Of a stretch of DNA of 64,000 nucleotides, positions 23,724 through 35,068 are shown piece by piece. The notes under the pieces are model-generated. The model had not been told where the DNA came from. It did no database searches and saw nothing but the letters and a program-made list of their open reading frames with translations. Made by a program: the position numbers and the translations under genes. The stretch's first letter is position 1, and the number at the start of each line of letters is the position of its first letter. The stretch comes from Schmidtea nova (taxonomy: Eukaryota). The stretch lies in NCBI GenBank assembly GCA_044892505.1, contig CM097882.1, positions 67,704,001-67,768,000 of the forward strand. Direction: 5' to 3'.

Positions 23724-25161
23724 ATTTTTAAATTCTTCAAAATAAAGATCATTATTTAAACATCCATATATTATAACCCCATTACAAATTTTTAAATTCC
23801 TTTACATTACCCATCAGCAAATTACAAAATCATTTATATTCCAATTTACACAAATTCTAATTATTCTTCATTCAAAAAATCCATTTATATATCCATCATT
23901 ATTTAAACAACTCCATCATATATAACTTTTTACTTTAAATCAAAAAAATTAAAAAATAATTTCCTCATTTTCCAAAAGACAACTCTAATTTACAAATACA
24001 TTTTTTTAAAATTCACAGTCCATATATCAAACTAATTTTCCACTTTATCATAAAAAATCCAAAATTTAAAAATTACAAATTCAGTTCAAATAGAATTGTC
24101 ACTAAATAGAATTAGGCCACTGTGGGTTTGTGGCGCACTGTTTACATTGTCATATAATTCAGGAGACAACACTTAAAGGAATCGGTGAATCGATTAAGTC
24201 CATAGTCCGAGAGTTGGGATGCTGATGAAATAGTGATTGGAAAACACACGGTCTGCTGTGAAGATAATTATCCATTCTGTATAATGCGCCGAGTGCCGAT
24301 CCTTCAACAACGTTGATTACCACTGATCCGACGAGTGAATGTATCACATATTTAATAGAAGAATGAATGTCAATTGCACCTCCCATGTTGTGGTGCCCAC
24401 GCCATATCATATACGATTTATATAGATTTCGATAATACCGTTTACCGGTTTCAGACTTCCAGACTCGCCCCATAATCTCTCACAGCATCAAGCCCCGCCT
24501 TTTACTATTTTATTTTTATTTAATTACTTTTTTAATATTTTACAAAGCGGGCACGACCAAGTACGGTTAATCATTTCTGGAATTTAGCCGTACTATTTGA
24601 AACCGGATTTTTCGAGGCATTCTGGCGCTAATAAATTTACAGCTTAGTACCCCTATTAAGAAATTTAAAAATCGTGATTATAATCTAGTAAACAAAAAAT
24701 ATTTTGTTATGTTTTTTTATTTTTCTGATATTCAAGAGCAAAACAAGCATATTTAACACAGTTCTACATTTAAATATATATTTATTGAAATTTATAAGCC
24801 GGCAATACCAATTCATTGCAACTAAATCAAAAAAAAGAATTTATTTAATTTTAAAAATATTAAAAATAGCTGATGAAAAACAAGTAAAAATTAAATTAAA
24901 TAAACACAACAATTTAATTTAAAAAAGATCAACAAAAGCAATTCACTTAAATTCTAATGTTTAGATTCATTTTTCATTGTTAAAAAATTTCAATAACGAT
25001 GTTTGAACTTTATTTGGTCGTTTCTCCTCATACAATTCTTTGTAGCAATGAATTGAACTTTTTTAAATTTCGAAAATTTTATTTAATCATTTTAAAAACA
25101 ATCATATTTTGAAAATTTCAAAACCGTACTGATCGAAACCATAATATGCGAGGTATTCCTG
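23187..25161 (-). mobile_element. Non-autonomous pogo/Tigger-type TIR element carrying non-transposase cargo (copy B)
   Basis: TA|CAGGAATACCTCG...CGAGGTATTCCTG|TA, with imperfect TIR similarity to ~25 bp. Transposase C-terminal remnant inside. Confidence 0.85.
24967..25060 (-). pseudogene. pogo/Tigger transposase C-terminal remnant
   Basis: KSSIHCYKELYEEKRPNKVQTSLLKFFNNEK* resembles the CY..LY.EK...KQTSL..FF tail of pogo transposases. Confidence 0.65.
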
Positions 25162-25689
25162 TAATTAAATATTTTTGAAATTCTTTAAAGTAAAATTTTT
25201 TAACAATAAAATGTAATTTTTTTTTAAACATTAACCAACAAGTATAATTTTTTAATTAAAAAAAATACAAAGTAAATATTTTTTTTCACAAGTAAAATTA
25301 TTAATTAATAAATACAAATCTAACTGTTTTTCATTATGATATTTTTTAAGGAAATGATCAAATAACAACAAATAAATGTAGTAAATAAAACACATGTAAA
25401 TATTAAATTTATTTAGAATAAAAGTAGTTATTAAACAAGAGTTGCTACAATTTTGTATACTAAGTTAGAAAATATCGATTAATGACATAAATTTTTAAAA
25501 ATAAACGTAATTATTGAAAATATGGGAACAAGTAAAATAATAATAATATTAATAATAATAATAAGTAACGCATATCAATCAATCTAAGTACCAACAATAA
25601 ACCGATCAACTAACAAATAATCTCATTACACATACAAATCATCCACTGACTAGTATTTGATCAAATACCAACTGACTCTATCCACAAAT

Positions 25690-27130
25690 CAAAAACGTAC
25701 TAGTTACTTACCAGTTACCAACTGACTATACATGTTAACCAACTAGTTCTTTACATTAACCAACTTAATCTATTCATTAATCCTATACCAACCAACTACT
25801 CACCCTTTACACACAAATCAACAACTAACTGATACAATACCAACAGACTCTATCCAAAATCAATTGGTTAAATCAACTAATCAGATACCAACTGACTCTA
25901 TGTATTAACCAACTAAGAAAATTGTTCCATATGTCAATCATTTATCTCAGTTAACAAACAAACAAAGTACTTACTTACCAAATAGTTCTATACATCAACC
26001 AACTAACTCTTCTCATTAACCAACTAACTCGTCTCATTAACCAACTAACTCTTCTCATTAACCAACTGACTCTTCTCATTAACTAACTATACACACTAAC
26101 CAACAACTAATCTCTTACTTACCAACTAACTCTTCTCATCAACCATCTAACTCTTCTCATTAACCAACTAACTCTATTCGCAAATCACCAACCAACTGCA
26201 CTAATCAACTAACTAACTATACATACTAACCAGCAACTAATCTCTTACTTACCAACTACAACAATACATCAACCAACTAACTCTTCTCATTAACCAACTA
26301 ACTTTATTCACAAATCACCAACCAACTGCACTAATCAACTAACTAACTATACATACTAACCAACAACTAATCTCTTACTTACCAACTAGTTCTATACATC
26401 AACCGACTAACTCTTCTCATCAACAAACTAACTGTTCTCATCAATCAACTAACTGTTCTCATTAACCAAGTAACTCTATTCACAAATCACCAACCAACTA
26501 CACTAATCAACTAACTAACTATACACACTAACCAACAACTAATTCCTTGCTTACCAACTACATCAATACATCAACCAACTAACTCTTCACATTAACCAAC
26601 AAATATTATTCATTAATCTTATACCAACCATACCAACTATATTAACCAACCAACTAACTAACCACTCTAACTATCAACCAATATCTTACTTTCCAACTAC
26701 TTCTTCTCATTAACCAACTAAATCTATTCCCAAATCACCAATCAACTACCCACTCTATACATACTAACCAGTCAGCAACCAAATACCTACCTACCAAGTA
26801 GTTTTACACATTAACCAACTACTTCTACATGTTAACCAACTAGTTCTTTACATTAACCAACTAGTTATATTCATTAATCCTATACCAATTAACCAACCGC
26901 TCTATACATACTAACGAGAAATCAATTCCTTACTAACCAACTAGTTCTATACATCAACCAACTAACTCTATTCACAAATCACCAACCAACTACACTAACC
27001 AACTAACTAATTATACATACTAACCATCAACCAATTCCTTACTTACCAACTATTTATATACATTAACCAACTAACTCTATTCATAAATCAACAACAGACT
27101 AGTTACTTATTAAAAATCAATCGATTCTGT
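25690..27130. repeat. A/C-rich complex minisatellite (AACCAACTAACT core, 21-bp units)
   Basis: Repeated AACCAACTAACTCTTCTCATT and higher-order blocks; G is nearly absent on the + strand. Confidence 0.9.
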
Positions 27131-27739
27131 CCACAATCAACTAGTTAAATCAACTCTATATTAAACAAATAAATCTTCACTCTAAGGAAATTGTTCCACG
27201 TATCAATTAACTCTTCGTATTAATTAGATATGATATTTAAAACTAACTGATTCTAAATGTCTTGTCATAAAATTAAATTTATTACTTAAAATAATTGAAT
27301 TAATCTTTAGTTGATTATCAGTTTTTTAAAAAGGTATACAAATAACCGCGTTGTTAAAATGAAATTTTTTTTTTATTAAACAAAGTTCTTAAAATTTAGA
27401 ATATATTTAAAATACAAATGACTTTTAATCCAAAGCTCAATTGAAATCCTTGTTCATCTAATTCTTCACTTGATAACTAACATGTATAATTAACTTAAAA
27501 ATCATTATAAAAAACTCTGTTAACTAGGTAAACTTATTAAAATGATAAGTAAGCAACTAATGAAATATTTTTTGATACTTCTTATTACATGTTCAAATTA
27601 ATTCTTCACTCCGTTAATTTAAAAAATTAAATAAATAAATATTCAATTAATATTTTGTTGATTGTCAATAAATTCTAAAAATAATAAAAATTAATTCAAA
27701 AATTTCAATACAAATATTTATTTATTAAACATTTTCGTT

Positions 27740-27920
27740 AACCACGCTAAACAGTACTACCATAGGTTTTTTCATCGGATTCTGGTATCAGATTCAGTTA
27801 TATTCAATTCACATCAACATTGACGATAATCTTTTCATCAATAGAGGTGGATAATAAAATCTCATTGGATCAAACATATGTATTTTATTGGGTTTCACAA
27901 AAACTGCAATCATGAAAATA
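27740..27920 (-). pseudogene. Adenain-like cysteine protease remnant (Polinton-type)
   Basis: (H)-IAVFVKPNKIHMFDPMRFYYPP...IEYN*I*YQNP follows the HW....YFDS.G..PP...EYN...YQ...CG pattern, with stops and indels. Confidence 0.5.
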
Positions 27921-28019
27921 TAATTTGAATCTTTTAAAGGTAAAAACCATCACAAAAGAGGTTCTGCTACGAAAGGTTCTGATAGAAAGGTTCTTCTACG
28001 TGATAAATAATTTCAAAGC

Positions 28020-28940
28020 AATCAAGTACTTACTTACTATTTCTTCGCGTTAACCAACTAGTTCTATACACCAACTAATTGGTTCTATTCATTAATCTTA
28101 TACCAACCAACCAACTAACCGCTCTATACATACTAATCAGCAACCAATTCCTTACTAACCAAATAGTTCTACACAACAACCAACTACACTAACCAACTAA
28201 CTAACTATACATACTAACCAGCAACTAATCCCTTACTTACCAACTTCAACAATACATCAACCAACTAACTCTTCACATGAACCAACAAAATCTATTAATT
28301 AATCTTGTACCAACCAACCAACTATATTAACCAACTAACTAACTAAAAACTCTAAATATCAACCAATTCCTTACTTCCCAACTACTTCTTCACAACAACA
28401 GACTAGTTCTATTCATTAATCCTATACTAGCCAACCAGCCACTCACTCTTTACACACTAACCATCTAAGTACTTACCAACTACTTCTATACATTAACCAA
28501 CTAGTTCTATTCATCTATCCTATACTAATCAGCCAACCAACTAACAATCAATCTCAATATGCACACAAATCTACAACCAATTAGTTACTGGTCAAATATC
28601 TACTACCACTATTCACAATCAATTAGTTAAATCAGCAAATCAGATACCAACTAACACTATTCACAAATCACCAATCAGCTACACTAATCAACTAACTATA
28701 CATACTAACTAACAACCAATTCCTTACTAACCAACTAGTTATATACATCAACCAACTAACTCTTCACATTAACCAACTAACTGTATTCACAAAACACCAA
28801 CCAACTACTCTAACCAACTAACTAACTATACATACTAACCAGTAACCAATTCCTTACAAACCAACTAGTTCTATACATTAAACTACTCTAACCAACTAAC
28901 TAACTATACATACTAACCAGTAACCAATTCCTTACTAACC
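28020..28940. repeat. Second block of the A/C-rich minisatellite
   Basis: Same modules as 25690-27130. Confidence 0.9.
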
Positions 28941-31900
28941 AAATAGCTTTTCTATTCGTTTGTTTTTTAGCTGACATTATTAATTGTAATGATTTGTAAA
29001 AATTTGTAAAATTGTAAATTGTAAAACTTTATTTGGATGTAATAAATGAATAGACTTAAAATTATAAATTACCTTTAACTTTAATTGAATTTATATTTGA
29101 AATTTTTTGCATCGCGTTAAATCAAATCAAATCGCGTAAAAACAGAACGAAATAATTTTGTTGAATCGCGTTAATTCAAATTCGCGTAAAAAAGTTCGCG
29201 AAAAAACAGAATTAGGTGTATATATATATATTGTTGGGCCAAAACTGCAAATTGTTTAAATGAAGCGGTAACACGACAAGTAGAGAGCACGCAAGATTCT
29301 AATCTAAAGTCCTTTAATCAAAACATCAAGTAAAAATAAAAATAGTTAAAAGAAGCACGTCTCAAAAGCTAGAATAGACAAAAAAACACATGCACGCGGA
29401 GAACGCATTCATGATATAAAACCTCGGTTGTGGAAATTTAGCATGTTTGCAGAAGGAAGATTGCGATTTTATCTTAAAAATTCCTAAAAATATAAAAGAA
29501 AATAATTTTGATAGAAAATGCAACAAATTAAATCAAATAAGAATAAACTTTAATTCAAAAGTAAAATTTTGGATTAAAAAAAATTATTTAAGGTTTTATG
29601 AAAATTTGATGTAAAATTATTAATTTTGTTTTGCGGAAAATTGTTGAAATTAATTTCAAGAAAATTAGAAACTCCTTCTAGAACGATTTGTTTTAATACC
29701 TCAACGGAAATAAAAATGCAGAAAATTTATATAAATACCCCCCTCAAAATGGAGAGAATTAGCATAATAATATTTTGCAAAGGATTTGTGGAAGAATTTT
29801 GTTGCTAAGAATTTTGAGGTTTTTAGCAGGGAAATTTTAACAGAGAATCTCTTACTACTAGTGTACATGTGATTAGTGTACATGTGACTAGTGTACATGT
29901 GACTCTACCAGAATATTACGAAAGAAGATTATTTGCTGTCGTGAATCGATTTATTCGTAAGAAACTTGATTTTGTTTCCTAATTATAAAGGCCCGTGAGA
30001 TCATGCCCTCGCTACCCGGCCTAAGTATTTTTCCTTATTTTAACCTTAGTTCTTGCGTACTATATGATATTTTATGTATTCTTTTATGAAAATTATAATT
30101 TTTATATTCAACATTTTATAATATCTCGTCACATTTTCTCATAAACAATATCATTTTACTATTATTTATCATATATACATCTATATTTTATTATTATATA
30201 TATATATACATTTTGACATCCGTCCGGCCTTGTGCTGTACGGATGAAAGTAGCCTGGGTGAATCTTTGTTCGGTTCGTAACTGGCCAGCCCATTTTCCGC
30301 CTCAATTGAAGCCCAAACATCCATGATCACTCCATCCCAACTGGGGAACAGTGGCTTGGCCAAGGGCAAGGATTTTCATATTAATGATAGTCAATCTATA
30401 TTAATGTATTTTTTTATTTGAACTATATCTTACAACATACAGTGCAATTAAAAACTGATACTTCAGCAAAATACCAACGTTAATTCATCCATCAATGTCT
30501 TTACTGCAATAAAATTCATCAGCACAAAATATCCAGCTCGTTATTCGCCTTCAATCCATAAACGTCGTCTTCACTATGAAAGAAATTCGCAATATCGATT
30601 GGAAAGTCAAATATATAAAAGATCATAAATGACCACTCGAAGAATAGTAAAAATGTTATATAGAATAATGCTTACTGATTATGCTCGATAATAGTTCGTT
30701 GAATTTTTACCAAATCGAAAACATCATTGATGAAAACTTCTAAGAGTTGCAGAGATTGCCAAGAGAACTATCTCGAATTTTATATATATTTTAGAAGTTC
30801 GTATATGATCGGAATTAATTTTTGTAAAAATTTATAATTTATTTTTAAAGATAATTTAATATATAAAAATCTTTTTTGAATTATTTAGATTGTGCAATTT
30901 GTGAATAAAAATTTTATTTTTGTATAAATATTTTATAATTTTTTGATTAGGTTAAAAAATAAAAAATTACTTTTATAGATACTATGTTATGTAAAAATTA
31001 TAAATAAAAATTTTTCCTAGAAATTCTTATATCAAACGTGAAAATTAAACGTGAAAATTATACGTGAAAATTATAAGCCAAAAAATTTATTATTATTTAT
31101 TACTATTTTATAAAATTCTAAATTTGAAATTTTGTAGAAAAATTTACAATTAAAATATATGTACATCCTTAAAATATAAAAATTAGAATTCAAAAATTTA
31201 TTATCATATTATAAAAATTTGAAATTTTATTATTATATAACGTTTATAAAATTTTAAATTTTGTAAATGGAATTGTAAAATTATTATTATTATTTTAATT
31301 CTAAAAATATTTTATATATAAATATATATTATTTTATAAAATACCCCCCCCCCCGATATCACAAAATCATAATACATCCATATTTGCAAAACAATACATC
31401 CATACCATTCACTAACACCATCCATACTAATACCACATGCAACATTTATTTAAATACAATACACACACAACATCGTTTCACTCTTTAACATATAGCAACA
31501 TCACACATCCAGAAAATTCACACACGAAATTCATTCAACAACATCTGTCTGCATCACACATCCAGAATTTGTACAAGCATTCACCGCTATCAAGGAATTA
31601 CTTATTTCACCCAACATACCTTCACATACATTCACAACAATAGGATATTCATTTCAAATTTACAATGGTATACATACACACAAACTTGCAGTCAACAATC
31701 CACATCCACATGTCCCATCACACATGAAAATCACATCTTCATTCAAACTGCACCACCCCTGTTCATAATAGTCCACCTTCCGCCTACTACCTCCAGAAAG
31801 TCCCTGCAACTTTCCATTTATCAATAGTTATCAACCCGCTTGCTATTTTATCCGGTAAGATAAATTACTGAATCATTAAACCGAACATTTCCCATTTTAT

Positions 31901-34893
31901 TTGCATCACTTCCAAAAATCTAACAAGTTTCTGCATGTAACAGCTTAAAGCTTTCACAGATTTGACTTACGATATATAACACCCTTGAGATGGACTATAT
32001 CATTTTCTACTTCGGTCGATAAGTTATAATAGATTTAAATACCATCGTTGGGAAAGTCAATTGTAGAAACCCAAGAATGGTAAAGGAGATATTTCTTACT
32101 GCCGATCACCCTTTTCAGGATAATAACATATCAGGAATCCCTTAGAAATGAGAGCAAAAAGTTGGTTACAATGACGTGAAATCTACGACTTAAATGACAA
32201 CATAAAAGAAAATATATTTAAAATAATCATAATATCGTAAAAATGTTTAAGATAATCATATCATTATAAAAATCACAAGAGGGAAAAACACGAATAGCAG
32301 ATTTATTAAAAATTTATGCCATAAAAAAGAACACTGTAAAATATTACCAATATTGAATCCCAGTATGAATAAAATTGTGTACTCCGAGTTAAATTTAGCG
32401 AGAAAAAGACAATTTTTTTTAACGAAAATCAGATTAAGATAATGTCGATGGTGTAGATTAACCAATCAAAATTCGAGAATTTTTGTTTCTCCTTTCATAG
32501 TATTTCTTCTTATAGAGGGTCCGTGGATATTCCTGACGGGAGAGTGACCAGGATTAGATTTTGTAAATAAAAATAAGAATTGGAATTCAAAAATCATCCT
32601 CAAAATTCATGAAAACCATAAATAAATTTTCAAGAATAATATATGAAATTAACGAAATAATTGTATCGTTACCTGTTGCCAGGGCCTCAGCGAATTTTTG
32701 AAAGTCAAAGTTAAAATTTTAATAAAATGCTAAATATTTTTAAATAAGCAAGATAGACAATAGGGTCAGGATAAAAATATAAATTACTTAAACTTTAAAT
32801 GTTAAAAACACGAAAATTTGAAAATAATAGTAGTTTTGGGCGAAAATAACCACAATCGTATACCCCGATTGTATGTAATTTTGAAGAAATATTCGATCCC
32901 CGAATTGAGATTGTGATGATATGTTTGAATATGAGCTTGGGAATAAACTAAAAAAGTGAATATGCTTGTTTTCTTCTGATAATATAATGTATAGTGATTG
33001 ATGGAAATAATTGACTCAATTATGTTTAGATTTTGATCGGAGAAATCGTGAATTCAGTGACAATAAGGTACGAAAACATCTCGGAAAACCCAAAGAATTT
33101 TAACACTTCTTGTATGAATGATTGTGTTGATTCTATTCTGTTTGTTCTTGTGCTATGTGCATCGTAAATGGATCATTGCATGAATTATTAATGTTTTGAG
33201 GTTGGAAAATGGGTTATTTTGATATCAATAATAAATGTATATTGATGTAGATTATTCATTTCGAAATTCCGAATTAAAATTTCATTGAATGTTTATAGAT
33301 TAAACCTTCTATCGGTAGCCCTTGGACCCAAGAGATATTCGGTCAATCATAGTTTCGAATTTTCGACGCTCATTGATTTCGAATACCCACCCATTTGTTG
33401 CATTACCAACGTTACATTGTGACGGGCAATAAGATGGTTAATTCAATGTTTTGTATGTTGAGTTGTTGATGTGATCCATAGCAACGTCAAGGTCATAATG
33501 ACGATCAACAACCCACCAATATATATGTTTTCACGTGTATATTTGATGCACCTTTCTTCATTTTAAATTTTAAACGTGTTTTTTTAATTATTTCGGTGTT
33601 TTCTGATTACTGTGTTTTACTTGGTGTTGTAGCTCATAGAATTTTAAATTTACTTCTTGCGCGCTATCTACGTGCTGTATTACCGCATCATTCAAACAAC
33701 TTTCAGTTTTTGACCAACTCATTCAAGAGATCAAAGTTAAATTTAAAATTTTCCAATCTGCATTTATGTAGTTATTATCTAGGGTCCGTGAGATAGTTTG
33801 ACTATGAAAAGGGTTCGTGGGCCAAAAGAGCTTGGGAAACACGGGCTTAAACGTTACCAAACCCGAATTTGAGACGAACAACATCGAAGGCAGGAAAATC
33901 TTGCTGGAATTCTTCAAAATTTGGCATTTTCTGAAAATGTTTCAGCTGATTTTATTTTGTCTGTGACTAGTATATGTTTATTTAGATATAATTACGGATT
34001 GATAGTCTATTTGTGTTGTTCATTATAATTGATTTGGATGAACTCATAAATTTATCTTGATGTAATCCTTTATTTCAAATTACCGAATAAAGTCTTAATG
34101 AAAATTTTTGGATTATTTGTTATTTAAGGGACTCAAGTGGGCACTAAACCTTCTATCGGTCACCATTGAATCCACTGATATGTTCGGTCAATCATAGTTT
34201 TGATTTTTCGATGCTCACTGTTTGCGGACATCCTCACACTTGTTGCATTATCTACGTTACATTGTGACGGGCAACAATATGGTTAAACTAATGTTTTATG
34301 CGTTGACTTGTTGATGTGAGCCATAACAAGGTCAAGGTCATATTGACGATCAGCAACCCATCACAATGAATTACACCCAAGTTCAAAAGTGAAACAAAAG
34401 GAATTAATGTATTTTTGATAATTAGCTCCTGGGCTCTTGAAATCATAATTAGGCCATTAAACCTATCTGTAAAATCATAGAAAACAAACAAAGTTATTTA
34501 TATACTTAAATTTAGTATTCACATTTGTAAATTATAATAATTTTTATTTTATAAACACAACTATCGGAAAAATTAATTTTTTTTCTCACAAAACTTAAAA
34601 TATTTTATATTTATATAATTTGTCACAACGACTTAAAACCATATTTTATATCCTTATTATGGTATTAATTAAAATGAAATATAGTTGTTTAAATACCGTG
34701 TAAATTTCTTCTAATCTATAATAAATTCTTTGTTATTTATTTAAGAAATTTCTAAAAAAATTCAAATTTCAATGATTTAATTTAATTTTTCATTATTTAG
34801 ACCATAAAACAGTACATCTTATGTAATATATTTTATTTTATTTCTGATTATTTAAGAATAATTTAGTTAATCATTAATTCTGTCAATTGAACA

Positions 34894-35068
34894 ATGTTTA
34901 AAGACGTAACAAATGTATTGAGTAATTCAACAAATGTAAGTATTGAAAGCACAAGTTCCAACAGGACAGAAGAGTCTAGCATTAAAGAATATAAAATCAG
35001 TCAAATAATATGCGGCAAAGTGGGAAAATATCCGTGGTGGCCCTGCATGGTTAACGAGATTTCTGCTG
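34894..35068 (+). CDS. NSD: NSD exon 1 (start of PWWP1)
   Basis: YKISQIICGKVGKYPWWPCMV; the ATG is putative. Confidence 0.8.

Noticed and set aside
29700-29859. AGTAGTAAGAG (- strand) as the right TIR of the 15192 element
   Set aside because: It does not match the left terminus and no TSD matches; at best an unpaired end of another family.
31360-32150. LINE endonuclease remnant or mitochondrial insertion
   Set aside because: Only faint motif echoes; no convincing frame or rRNA/tRNA structure.
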